A DNA stretch of 64,000 nucleotides from contig NC_083435.1 in the NCBI RefSeq assembly GCF_020745735.1, positions 44,826,498 through 44,890,497 on the forward strand, written 5' to 3'. Both the position numbers and the translations under genes were made by a program. Positions 11,757 to 23,985 of the stretch are shown here, piece after piece. Origin of the DNA: Hemiscyllium ocellatum (Eukaryota). Position 1 is the first letter of the stretch. The number at the start of each line of letters is the position of its first letter. A model generated the notes under the pieces. That model had not been told where the DNA came from, made no database searches, and saw only the letters and a program-made list of their open reading frames with translations.

Positions 11757-12925
11757 CATCATAGAGTCAGAGCCCTACAGCACAAAATCAGGCCTCAGGC
11801 CCAAACTGATCCATTCTGACCAAAATAGCCACCGATGCTCACCCCATTTCCTTGCGCTTGTCCCATTTCTTTCTGAATCTTTCCTATCCATGTATTTGTC
11901 CAAATGCCTTTTAAATGTTGTTAAGAGACCCACCTCTTCCGCTGGCAGCTCATTCTATATGCATACCACCCTCTGTGTAAAAAAGTTGGCCCTCAGGTTC
12001 CCTTTTATTCTTTCTCCTCTAACCTTAAACTAATGCCCTCTAGTTCTCAATTCCCCAACCCTGGGAAAAAGATGGTGCGCATTCACCCCATCCATGTCTC
12101 TCTTGATCTTATACACTTCTATGCTCAGTCTCCAATGCGTGAATGAAAAAAAAAGTCTAGTTTGTCCAAACCTCTATCTATAACTCAGACCCTCGAGTCC
12201 TGGCAACATCCTTATAAATTTCTTCTGCACACTTTCCAGTTTAACAACTTCGTTCCGATAGTAAGGTGACCAAAACTGAACACAATACTCCAAGTGTGGC
12301 CTCACAAATGTCCTGTAAACTGCAACATAACTTTCCAACTTCTAAACTCAATGCCCTTACTGATGAAGGCCAATGTGCCAAAAGCCTTCTTCACTGTCCC
12401 ATCTACCTGTGACTCCACTTTCAGAGAACCATGCACTTGAACTCCAAGGTCCTCCTGTTCCACTACACTCCTTAAGGCCCTACCATTCACCATGAAACTC
12501 CTGGCTTGATTTGACTTTCCAAAATGCAAAACCTGACACTTATCTATATTAAACACCATTTGTCATTTATCAGTCCACTTCCTCAACTGATCAAGGTCCA
12601 GCTGCAATTTCTGATAATCTTCCTAACAGTCCACGATACTTCCTAATTTAGTGTCATCTGCAAACTTATTAATCATACCTTGTGCATTCTCCTCTAAATC
12701 ATTGATATAGATTATAAACAGCAATGGACCGAGTACCAATCCCCGAGAAATTCCACTCATCACAGGCCTCCAGTTTGACAAGCATTCTTTACTATTACCC
12801 TCTGTTTCCTCTCATCAAACCAACTGTGTATCCAATTTGCCAGGTCCACCTGGATTCCATGCAATCTAACCTTCCAGAGCAGCCTACCATGTGGAACCTT
12901 ATCAAAGGCCTTACTGAAACCCATA
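11757..12925 (-). mobile_element. CR1 LINE 3' portion
   Basis: Minus-strand RT motifs FSKAFDKVPHGRLL and FNIDKCQVLHFGKSN..KKAFGTLAFISKGIE; 3' tail near 11757. Confidence 0.9.
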
Positions 12926-13194
12926 TTCCAGCTTTCTAATATTGAGAAAGGCTCAGAGTGAATCGCACTGCTGTACAAAGGACTTCATTAAATTTAATAC
13001 AGTAGTGGCATACCTTACTGGAGCTTTATGGAATAGCCCCCATACAGTATTGAATGTCACCCAAACAGACTCACAGAGCTCCCGGAACAGAAAGAAAACG
13101 TTCTTATTGTATCAACTCAGCCTCTCAACATAACCATATTGATTTACATGCTGCCAATCCATTTATTTAGTCCTGTTAAGAAGTCAATCTACAA

Positions 13195-13825
13195 TCATTC
13201 CTCCACCTCCACCGCATCTGTTCCCAGGATGACCAGTTCCACCTCAGAAAGTCTCAAATGGCCTCCTTTTTTCACGATCGCAACTTCCCTTCCCACATGA
13301 TTGACGATGCTCTCCAGTGCATCTCTTCCACTTCACGCACCACCATCCTTGAACCGCACCCATTCCAACACAACAAGGACAGAACTCCTCCGGCCCTCAC
13401 CTTCCACCTCACCAACCTTCACATACAACACATCATCCTCCGCCACTTCCGCCACCTCCAAACAAACCCCACCACCAGAGATATATTTCCCTCCCTAATC
13501 AATGTTCTGATACCACATGGGATAAATGTGGATTTCAACAGCTTTCTCATCTCCCCTCCCCCTACATTATCCTAGTTAGAAGCCTCCAACTCGACACCAC
13601 CCTCCGGACCCTTCCATCACTCCCCCCTCTGACCTATCACCCGCTCCCTCACTTTCATTCACTTATCGCTTTCCCAGCTACCTTCCCCCACAACCTCAAT
13701 CCCCTTCCATTTATCTCTCAGTCCCAACACACAAGCCTCTTTCCTGATACATCGATTCTCCTGGTCCTTGGATGCTGCCTGACCTGCTGTGCTTTTCCAG
13801 CACTACGCTCTTGACTATAGTCATC
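13195..13825 (+). mobile_element. Penelope-like element fragment (RT-endonuclease linker plus pLTR)
   Basis: MASFFHDRNFPSHMIDDAL..HNKDRTP..HIILRHFRHLQTNPTTRDIFPS is shared with the copies at 22720-23985 and 48807-49990; ends in a gatgctgcctgacctgctgtgcttttccagcac pLTR. Confidence 0.8.
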
Positions 13826-13969
13826 AAGAGCTGACAATCAAGACTCTGACTCAGAGGCAAGGACCCTATTTATTGCACCACCACCCCCTACTTTGTCCAA
13901 CAATACACTGGTAGTTCACAGGAAACCTTCCATGAGAATGAAATGTTTCTTCTCATATGGGACTGAGGT

Positions 13970-15535
13970 CGCTAGGTGGCCAGCATTGATAGCCCATCCC
14001 TATTTGCCCTGGAGAAGGTGATGGTGAGCTGCCTTCTTGAATTGCTGCAGTCCACTTGTGTGTTGATCCACAAAGCGGGTATGGAGGAAATTACAGGATT
14101 TTGACCCAACAATGTGAATGAACAGTGGTATATTTCCAAGTCATGGGTGGTGAGTGGCTTGGAGGGGAACATGCACGTGGTGGTGTTCCAATTACCTGCT
14201 GCCCTGTCCTTCCAGGTGGAAGGGATTGTGGGTTTGGAAAGTGCTGTCTAAGGATCTTCGGTGAATTTCTGCAGTGCGTCTTGTAGATAATACACACTGC
14301 TGCAACTGAGCACCGGTGGTGGAGGGATTGAATGTTTGTAGATGTGGTGCTAGTCAAGCGGGTTTGTCCTGGATGGTGCCAAGTTTCTTGAGTGTTATTG
14401 GAGCTGCACCCATCCAGGCAAGTGGAAAGTATTCCATCACACTCCTAACTTGTGCCTTGTAGATGGTGGATACATTTTTGGGGTGTCAGGAGGTGAGTTA
14501 CTCACCGTGGTCTCGCCAGTTTCTGACCTGCTCTTATAGCCACTGTGATGTGAGGAGTCCAGTTGAGTTTCTAGTCAATGATAACCCCAAGGATGTTGAC
14601 AGTGGGGGAATTCAGTGATGGTAATACCATTGAATGTCAAGGGGCAGCGGTTAATATGTCTTTTATTGATGATGTTCATTGTCTGGCATTTGTGTGGCAT
14701 GAATGTTACTTGCCACTTGTCAGCCCAAGCCTGGATATTGTCCAGGTCTTGTTGCATTTGAGTATGGACTGCTTCACTATCTGAGGAATCGTGAATGCTG
14801 CTGAACACTGTGCAATAATTGGTGAACATGACCACTTCTGACCTTATGACAGAGGGAAGATCATTGATGAAGCAACTGAAGATTGTTGGGCCTAGGACAC
14901 TACCCTGAAGAACTCCTGCAGAGATGTGCTGAAGCTGAGATGTCCTGAAGCTCCACAACCACAACCATCTTCCTTTGTGCCAGGTATGACTCTAACCAGC
15001 GAAGTGGTTGCCCCTGATACCCATTGATTCCAGTTCTGCCAGAGATCCTTGATGCCGTACTCAATCAAATGCGGTATTGATGTCAAGGGCTGTCACTCTC
15101 ACCTGACCTCTGGAATTCAGCGATTTTGTCCATTTTTGAACCAAGGCTGTAACAAGGTCAGGAACTGAGTGACCCTGGCGGAACCTAAGCTGGGCATCAC
15201 TGAGCAGATTGCTGCTGAGCACGTGATGCTTGATAGCGCTGTTGATGAACCTTTCCATCACTTTACTGATAATGGATAGTAGACTGATTGGGTGGTAATT
15301 GGCCAGGTTGGATTTGTCCTGCTTTTTGTGTATGGGACATATCTGGGCAATTTTCCACATTGTTGGATAGACGCCAGTGCTGTAACTGTACTGGAAGAGC
15401 TTGGCTGCGGGAGCAGCAAGTTCTGGAGCACACATCTTCAGTACTATTGCCGGAATGTTTTCAGGGCCCATTGCTTTGCAGTATCCAGTGTCTCTAGCCG
15501 TTTTTCAGATTTCACGTGCAGTGAATCAAATTGGA
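13970..15535 (-). mobile_element. LINE (second CR1-group family), RT to 3' end, degraded
   Basis: Minus-strand ORFs GPENIPAIVLKMCAPELA..YHPISLLSIISKVME..ALDINTAFD and GVLQGSVLGPTIFSCFINDLP..FTNYC (decayed FADD motif). Confidence 0.9.
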
Positions 15536-15723
15536 TGGGATGCACATAAAACTTTAACAGGGCATCAAAACACAACTCACTGCAAATAAAGATAAGGTTG
15601 ATATATGATCACTGTTGTAATGAAAATAATGGCAACTAATGCGTGCACGTCAAGGTCTCATAAACTGGAATATGATCATGACGAGATGATAATGTTTTGA
15701 AAAGGGATCCATATTCATCGGTT

Positions 15724-15760
15724 CAGTCCTGAAGAAGGGTTATACCTGAAACGTTAACTT
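15724..15760 (+). ncRNA. Minimal hammerhead ribozyme motif (PLE-associated)
   Basis: CUGAAGA - A - GGGU/UAU/ACCU (stem II) - GAAAC GUU - AACUU. Core intact with palindromic ACGU helix III; stem I has a mismatch at its first pair. Confidence 0.5.
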
Positions 15761-16015
15761 CTCCACCTTCTGATGCTGCCTGGCTTGCTGTGTTCTTCCA
15801 GCCCCCTGCTTGTCTACCTCGGAATCCAGCATCTGCAGTTCTTTTTTTGTTTCCAGTGATGTGCCCTCCAAGCAACTGAACACACATTACTGATGAAGAG
15901 CTTATACTCGAAACCTCGACTGTCCTGCTCCTCGATGCTGGCTCACCTTCTGTGCTTTTCCAGCACCACACTTTTTGCCCCTGATCTCTAGCATCTGCGG
16001 TCGCCACTTTCTCCT
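15724..16015 (+). mobile_element. Two tandem Penelope pLTR fragments
   Basis: Two short units (about 15724-15845 and 15885-16015), each with a CTGAnGA..GAAAC core followed by gatgctg..ctgtg..ttccagc..gcatctgc. Confidence 0.7.
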
Positions 16016-16059
16016 AGTGGAGTACAGCTGGCTTGTTTCAGGCTGGTGAAGAGGCTGCG

Positions 16060-16275
16060 ATCCCGGATTCCGCCACAAGGCGTCGCCATTTACAGGCGCA
16101 AGTCTCCAACACCAGCACTGTTCACGCTGCAGTTTCCAACGTTCGGCGACAGCCACTCCTGTGGAACAGAACTACAACTCCCGTTAGGCATCGCGGGTAA
16201 TTCTCCCCAGATTGCATGCCTCTTTCTTCACTACGCAGGCGCAATGCCCATATGTAGTGTGGGTAATGTAGTTCG
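16060..16275. promoter_or_regulatory. CpG-rich promoter-like region with ZNF143/THAP11-type, YY1-like and NRF1-like motifs
   Basis: ACTACAACTCCCG at 16171-16183 (+) and ACTACATTACCCA at 16272-16260 (-) both fit ACTAYRnnnCCCR. SBS-like CCCAGATTGCA near 16206, CGCCATTT at 16084-16091, ACGCAGGCGCA at 16233-16243. Local CpG enrichment in an otherwise CpG-poor window. Confidence 0.68.
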
Positions 16276-17309
16276 AAGAGGGAATGTGGGAAGTTTGTAT
16301 GAATTGAGCAGAGACCATGTGGAGGTTTTAAACAACCTCAGTGAAGGGGGAGCTTTCTGGGCTTGGGGCTGTAATTCAGTCACGTTTGAGGAGATGGTCT
16401 GTCCATTCCTCCATAAAACGCAGGAAGGCACTTCCAGAGAACGTCTCTCCAATGTTTTCTCACCAAATGTGAGTTTTTGCTGCAAAGTCGGAGATATTTT
16501 GGAGATGTTGGGTTTTCACAAGATTTTGGGACAGATCTGAAAAATGTTGACGTTAGGATATTACTGTCTAAAAATTATTTTCACATGAATTATTGGAATC
16601 CTTTTGTGTGGATGGAGTGAAAGTTTGCATTATTTTGTGTGAACCCCGCTGTAAATGGTTATCCGATGTCTATTGTTGTCCGATTAGATAAATTACATCT
16701 GCATGTTAATGGCCCATAAAAAAAATCAATCATCTGTTGATGAAGTTTTATAGTCAACGTATCTTTTTGACTTCCTTGGTAAATTCAGCAGCGAGGTGAA
16801 GGGTTTGAACCGCAGACTCAGAGCTGAATAATTGGTTGGTTTGGTCAGGTCTCCAGGTACAGGGCATGCTCGGAAGGAGTGCACCACAATTCTGGATTTT
16901 ACATCCCGGACCTGTGGAGGGTATATATACACTCTGACACAGGCTCATGGAGAATTAAGTTCTGCAGAAGGGTCGTGGGACCTGAGATGTTAACTTTGTT
17001 TGCTCTCCACAAATGCTACCAAACCTGCGGAGTTTTCCCAGCAACTTCTGCTTCTGCTTATTGTTCTATATTATTCATATTCTGTATTTTTAATATGGAT
17101 AATAATATTTGTCCATTGCTTATAGGTCAGTTTTCAGAATCTAGGAGCATTGTAATATTTGGAGTTTGTCAAATGGTGAGTTTATTGTTCATAAATTCTG
17201 AAATGTTTACTAATATCAGAGTGATGGTAGCTAATCTAGCATCTGAAAAATGGGGTTGTAATTGCAGAACTTGGTGGAGATCACTCTTATTCCTAAATAC
17301 ATGGGGACA

Positions 17310-18945
17310 TGACGGATGTTGAGGTTAGGGATAGATGTTTGATAACTCTCAGCAAGTTAGCATAAGGAGGGAAGAAATAGTGGATATTCTAAAAGACATT
17401 AATGTGGATAAGTTCCCAGGTCCAGATGGGATCTATTCCATGTTGCTGAGGGAAGCGAGAGAGGAAATAGCTGGGGCTTAACAGATATCTGCAGCATCCT
17501 TGAACATATTTGAGGCCCCGAAGCACTGGAAAATTGCTAATGTTGTTCGCTGGATTAAGGAGGGTCGGGACAATCCAGGAAGTTATAGACAGTGGGTCTG
17601 ACATAAGTGGGAGGGAAGCTTCTGGAGAAGATACTGAGCAGATAGGATTTGTTCCCATTTGGAAGAAAATGGGCCTCTCAGAGAGCGGCAACATGGTTTT
17701 GTGCAGGGAAGATTGTGTCTTACCAACTTAATAGGATTCTTCGAGGAAGTGACAAAGTTCATTGATGAACAAAGGGCTGTAGGTGTCATACCCATGGACT
17801 TCTATAAGGTGTTTAATAAGGTTCCCCATGGTAGGCTGATGGAAAAAGTGAAATCGAATAGGGTCGAGGGTGTACTAGCTAAATGGATAAACAGGAGATA
17901 GTAGTAGTGGCCTGTGACCTGTGAGGGACCTGTGACCAGTGGTGTTCTACAGGGTTCCATGCTGGGTCCACTGTTGTTTGTGATCCACATAAATGATCTG
18001 GAGGAAGGTATAGGTGATCTGATTAGCAAATTCACAGAAGACACTAAGATTGATGTAGTTGCACATAGTGAAGGGGACTGCCAGAGAATACAGCAGAAAA
18101 TTGATAGATTGCAGCGTTGGTCAGAGAAATTACAGATGGAGTTCAATCCGGGCAAATGCAAGGTGATGCATTTTGGAAGATCCAATACAAGAGCGAACTA
18201 TGCAGTAAATGGAAAAGTCCTGGGGAAAATTAATGTACAGAGAGATCTGGGTGTTTAGATCCACTGTTCCCTGAAGGTCACAACGCAGGTCAATAGAGTG
18301 GTTAAGAAGGCATATGGCATGCTTTCCTTCATCGGATGAGGTATTGAGTAAAAGAGTTGGCAGATCACGCTACAGCTGTATACGACTTTAGTTCAGCCAC
18401 ATTTGGAATACTGCATGCAGTTTTGGTTGCCACATTACCAAAAGGATGTGGATGCTTTGGAGGGGTGCAGAGGAGGTTCACCAGGACGTTGCCTGGTATA
18501 GAGGGTGCTAGCTATGAAGAGAGATTGAATAGATTAGGATTATTTTCATTTGGAAGACAGAGGTTCAGGAGGGACCTGAGTGAGGTCTCCAAAATCATGA
18601 GAGGAAGAGCAAGAAACTTTTTCCCAAAGTGGAGGACTCAATTACTAGAGGTCACGAGTTCAAAGTGAGAGAGCGGAAATATTTAGGGAAGCTATGCCTG
18701 GAAAGTTCTTTAAGCAGAGAGTGGTGGGTGCCTGGAACATATTGGCAATGTAGGTGGTAGAGGTGGGCATGATAGTGTCATTTAAGATTTATCGAGACAG
18801 ATACTTGAATGGGCGGGGGTAGAGGGATACATCTCATATATAAACTTAGAACAGAGGCAACATGTTTAGATAGAGGATCTGGATCAGTGCAGACTTGGAG
18901 GGCTGAAGAACCTGTTCCTGTGCTGCAATTTTCTTTTATCTTTGT
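17310..18945 (+). mobile_element. CR1 LINE ORF2 (RT) to 3' end, frameshifted
   Basis: KFPGPDGIY, HGFVQGRLCLTNLIGFFEEVT, SGVLQGSMLGPLLF, FTEDTK (decayed FADDTK), MEFNPGKCKVMHFG, followed by the 3' UTR. Confidence 0.92.
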
Positions 18946-19330
18946 TCTGAGCATCATCCCTTGTAATTCCTGTAGTTTCCTGCAGTGAGTTCTGTAAATC
19001 CCACCCCCTGCCACTGATTCCATTAGATCAACCTAGAAAATGCCAAACATTAGTTAAGCAATTTCCAAAAATTTCCACGTCTCGTTTCTCCATAATACTT
19101 TCACCAACATTTTCCCTTCCCCTTCAGAGCGATTGTGTTTTTTCTCTGAGCTGATTTCCTGAACTGACACTTTGGTTAAATCAGTAATTCTTTTGACCTT
19201 CCATTTCTCTATTGCGTAAACAAGTTCAAACTGAATATTCGGACTGAGTAACCAATCAGGACCCTGAAAGGTGAACCAAACAGGGCAGTGATGCCCTGTT
19301 AAATGCCAAACAGAGTTTGGGAATGAGATA

Positions 19331-19803
19331 TTAGATGAATTGGCCATGCTAAATTGCCTGTAGTTAGATTAGGTCACTTACAGTCTGGAAACAGGCCCTT
19401 CAGCCCAACAAGTCCACACCAACCCGCCAAAGCGCAACCCACCCAGACCCATTCCTCTACATTTACCCCTTCACCTAACACTGCGGGCAATTTAGCATGG
19501 CCAATTCATCTGCACATTTTTGGACTGTGGGAGGAAACCGAAGCACCCGGAGGAAGCCCACGCAGACACAGGGAGAATGTGCAAACTCCACACAGTCAGT
19601 TGCCTGAGGCTGGAATTGAACCCGGGTCTCTGGCACTGTGAGGCAGCAGTGCTAACACTGTGCCACCGTGCTGCCCATGTGTTAGGTGAAGGGGTAAATG
19701 TAGGGGACTGGGTCTGGGTGGGTTGCTCTTTGGAGGGTCGGTGTGGACTTGTTGGGCCGAAGGGCCTGTTTCCACACTGTAAGTAATCTAATCTAATCTA
19801 ATC
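19331..19803 (+). mobile_element. 5'-truncated HE1-like SINE, split by a nested SINE
   Basis: gatgaattggccatgctaaattgcctgtagt (19331-19364) resumes as gtgttaggtgaaggggtaaatg (19679 onwards) and ends in a (TAATC)n tail. Confidence 0.85.
19365..19676 (-). mobile_element. Full-length HE1-like SINE inserted antisense inside another SINE
   Basis: The reverse complement begins gggcagcacggtggcacagtg, carries a B box and ends in an atcta tail. Confidence 0.92.
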
Positions 19804-19899
19804 ATATGGTCAGTGGTTTTGTAATAACTAATAGGTTGTGCAGGTTAGTGTTATAGAATATAATGCCGATATACTGAAAGGTAGTTTATATATGAGGTA

Positions 19900-22020
19900 C
19901 TATCGTAAACTGCTTTTTTTGGTTTAAAATTATTGAGGGCTTACAAGAGACACAGACTTAGATGTCTGGTAGATTTAGAGATGTTGTTATACATCAGGAT
20001 CAATCGATCGATGGATGACTGTCAGGAAAGGTAAGAAGATGGTTCAGAAGTCTGCAGTGTCTATTTCTCTGAGATACTCAGTTTGGATGCTGTTGCAAAG
20101 GATAGGCTCTCAGAGGAAAATAGAAGAGACAGTCAGAACTTGGGCACTAAGAATAAATCTTATGTTAGGCAGGGTTTGACAAAATGTAAAGGAATGATTG
20201 TTATGAGGGACACTTCTGTCAAGGGTATAGACAGAAAATTCTACAGGAGCGAGTGTCCAAGGTGGTATGCTGTTTTCATAATCCCAGGATTAAGAATGTC
20301 TCAAAATGTTTGAAGTATATTGTTAAAGGGGAGATTGAGAAACCAGAAGTTGTTGCAGACATTGGTTAACATAACATAGTTAAAGAAATGATGAAGGCTT
20401 TGCAGAATGAATATAAGCGGTTAGGTACAAGATGAGAAAATAAAGAATCTCAGAAGTAGTAACCAGCAAATTGCTGCAGATGCTGGAATCAGTCCTGAAA
20501 ACAAAAAATGCTGGGAATCACAGTGGGTCAGGCAGCATCCGTGAAGAGAAGGCAAGCTATTATTTCAAGACTGGATGATTTTTGATCAGAGCTGACGAAG
20601 TGTGGAGGGGACAGTATTTATGCTACAGTGGCAGCATGAGGGCTGTTGGAGTGTGAGAGGAGAAAGGATGTTGATCGTCCAGATTAAGTGATCGGAATGT
20701 GAAAATGGCAGAATATTTATGTCCAGCTGCCCATCGGGAAAGAACACAGAGTCCAGCTGGAGTTGGGGGGAGAGGCGCGAGGACATGATGACAGGGAATC
20801 CAACAAGTAAAGCTTAAAATAAGGGGAAGAAATCTGAAGGTGTTGAACTCAATATGAAGTCCAGAAGATTGTAAGGTGTCTTGTCTGAAGTTCAGATGTT
20901 GGTCCTCCAGTTTGCTGTGATTCGCTGGAACATTGCAGCATGCCGAGGACAGACAAGTGGGAATGTGAGTGGGATGCTGTGTGAAAATGATTGGCAGTGG
21001 CCAAGTCAGGGTCATGCTTGCGCACAGACTGAAGGTGCTCCGCCAAGCAATTTCCCAGTCTGCATTTGGTTTCTCGAATATAGAGTAGGCGGCATTTGTT
21101 GCAGCGAATGCAATAGACCAGATTGAAGGCGGTACAGGTGAAATGCTGCTTCACCTAGAAAGACTGTTCAGACCCTTGGACGGTGAGCAGGGAGGAGGGG
21201 AAGCGGCAGGTGTGGCACTTTCTGCATTTACATGGGAAGGCGGGGTGGTGTCCATGTTCTGGAAGAAATCATCTCTTTGAAATGCAGGCAAGGCAAATGT
21301 GGGAAAGATGTGCTTGGTGAGCTGCTGTTCTTGTCTGAAATGGCAGATGCGGCCATTCAAATGGCTCTTTGAATGCGGAGGCTTGTGCGATAACGAAAAC
21401 TGAGAACAACGGGGACCCAATCATACTGTTTTGAGTGATGGGAAGGGGCAAGGGTGGAGGCTTTGGTAACAGGTCAAATATGTTTGATGGCTCTGTTAGC
21501 ACAGTGGGTGGGAAGGCATGGTTATGGAAGAAGGAAGCTATGTCAACAGAGCTGTTTTTGGAAGGATATAGGTCCAATCATACTTGATCTGGGAGAATGG
21601 CATGGAATTCTTACAGAAGGTGGGTGTGAAGGGCTGTAGTCAAGGTAGCTATGGGAGTTAGTGGTTGGCAAAGGACAATTTATTTCCTAAAATGGAGAGG
21701 GTGAGGGCAAGGAAAGAAAGTGTCAGAGATGGACAATGTGAAATGCCATGGTGGCATTTCTGGGATTATTGAGATCTCTTCTGGGGCAGAAAAGGCCTGT
21801 TGAAAAAGGATGGCTTTCACTTGTACTGAAAAAGATCAATATTGTAGCGGGAAGATTTGCTAATTCTCTTAAGGGAAACTGTAAACTATTAGTGACGGGG
21901 AGTGGAGGGATTCAAAGGAGCAGAGTAAATAGCATGTAGAATGAGGATGGTTTTGAGTCTGAAAAGACCACGTTAATTAGAAAAGACAAGTAATGGCACA
22001 TGAACCAGCTCTCAAAAGAG
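19900..22020 (+). mobile_element. Highly degraded CR1 ORF1 (esterase) region, interrupted by a Penelope element
   Basis: gggacacttctgtcaagggtatagacaga (GDS.VRGIDR-like) near 20207; tcttctggggcagaaaaggcctgttgaaaaaggatggctttcacttg (LFWGR..L.KKDG.HL) near 21777. Confidence 0.6.
20460..21745 (-). mobile_element. Penelope-like element 3' part with GIY-YIG endonuclease
   Basis: Minus-strand FTCTAFNLVYCIRCNKCRLLYIRETKCRLGNCLAEHL is a GIY-YIG signature; upstream linker SFFHNHAFPPTV; pLTR at about 20460-20600. Confidence 0.88.
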
Positions 22021-22719
22021 CAGACAAAGGGCAGAGTGGGTGGGCTCTCTGATCGACGTCTCTCACAGTCAATCCAAATATATCTGGAGCAACATGAGTT
22101 TCCTGAAACTTGGGAAACTGACCGGGGAAATGGAGGTGACTTTGAGCAGCCGATCAGGTGGGGGTTTAAACTTGTCATCGTCCCATTTGAATAAAACCTC
22201 CCTTATTGCAGCTGTTGTATACAGAACACAGGGAGAGACTGTTCCCACTGGCGAACAGATGAGAAACAAGAAACAAGAAACACTTTCTCCCACCTCCAAA
22301 CTCACTGTCAATCACAAACAAAACAGAAATTGCTGGCAAAGCTCAGCAGTCTGTCAACAGAAATTGCAGTTAATGTTTGAGTCGAGTGACACTTTCTCAA
22401 AACTACTGCCAATTACATGTTAATCACTTGTTCAGTATGGTCAGAAGAGAATGGCCCCCTCCTGCTCGCCGTCCTGACCAGACCACTGTGGTGGCAGACT
22501 CTTCAGCCATCACAATCACCTTCCAGGAGTAGTGTTCCAGTGACACCCACAAGAAGCTGGACAATTAGTCTCTAGTATTCCTTTGGGCACTTTATAGCTC
22601 CAGCTCTCAACACTGAGTTCAAAAACTATCAAGCGTGTAGGTCAATATTAACAACTCTTCCAGCCCAGTGTCTTGTTTTCATGGGTTTAATCTAAGCAGA
22701 GCTGACACAATTTCAGGCT

Positions 22720-23985
22720 AACTGAGCAGAACTGGTAGCATCTGTGAGTAGAAAGCAAAGTTAACTATTCGAGTACAGTGACCCTTCTTCAGAACTCTGC
22801 TTTCTCTGCACTGCCCAGCTCTACCGCTGACCAAAGACTCACAAACCTGACTGGCCCGGCCGACCCATTGTCTCAGCCTGTTCCAGCCCGCCAAGCTCAT
22901 CTCCACATACCTCGATACTGTGCTAGCCTCCTTTTCCAGGAACTCCTCACATATGTTCAGGGCACCAACCACACCCTCCATCTCCTCCAAGACTTTTGTT
23001 TCCCTGGCCCCCAATGTCTCATCTTCACCAAAGGCATCCAGTCCCTATATACATCCATCTGCCATGACAAAGGCCTCCAAACCCTAACTTCTTTCTCACC
23101 TGGCATCCCCACCAGAATCCTTCCACTGACACTCGCATTTCTCTGTCTGAACTGGTCCTCACTTTCAAAAACTCCTCCTTTGAACCCTTCCACTTTTTCC
23201 AGCCAAAAGGGGTTGCCATGGGCACCCGCATGGGCCCTTGTTATGCCTGTCTCTTTATTGGTTATGTGAAACAGTCCACCTTCTGTCGTTACACTGGCAC
23301 TATTCTCCACATTTTCCTTTGCTAATTGATTGTATCGGCACCGCCTCATGCTCCCACGAGGAGGTTGAACGGTTCATCAACTTCACCAACACATTCCACC
23401 CTGACCTAAAGTTCACTTGGACCATCTTAGACACCTCCCTCACCTTTCTGGACTTCTCCATCTCCATCAACGGTGACTGACTCAATTCGGATATCTTCAA
23501 CAAACTCACCAACTGCCACAGCTACCTGGATTACACCTCCTCCCACCGTGCCTCTTGTAAAAATGCTATCCCTTATTCCTAATTCCTTCACCTTCGCCGC
23601 ATCTGCTCCCAGGAGGAACAGTTCCACCACAGAACACTCCAGATGAACGCCTCCTTCAAAGATCGCAATTTTCCCTCCAGCACATCTCATTCACATCTCG
23701 CACCTCTGCCCTCAACCCCCACCCTTCCCAACGCAACAAGGACAGAACCCTCACCCCCGGGTCTTCACCTTTCAACCCACCAACTTCCATATACATCTCA
23801 TCATCCTTTGCCATTTCTGCCATCTACAAACATACCCCATCACCAGAGATTTCCCTCCTCAACCCGATTTGATTTCTGTAAAGACCATTCCCTCCACAAA
23901 TCACTTGTCAGGTCCACACCTCCCCCCCCCCCCCTCACCAACCCACCCTCCCCTCCCAGCAACCCCACCTGCCACCTGTCTCACT
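22720..23985 (+). mobile_element. Penelope-like element (RT) with an inverted pLTR at its left end; abuts the truncated ERV env
   Basis: Decayed RT motifs IFTKGIQSLYTSI, KG.AMGTRMGP.YA, LIDCIG, RFINFTNTFHPDLKFTW; the first ~80 bp is a pLTR in opposite orientation. Confidence 0.9.

Noticed and set aside
16046-16540. 164-aa ORF over the CpG region as a protein-coding gene
   Set aside because: Starts at GTG, has no recognisable domain and overlaps promoter motifs; GC-rich DNA gives long chance ORFs.
19000-23985. A second (3') LTR of the provirus
   Set aside because: No copy of the LTR hallmarks (tgtgagaaacaaagc, cagcatcttatc) seen left of env.
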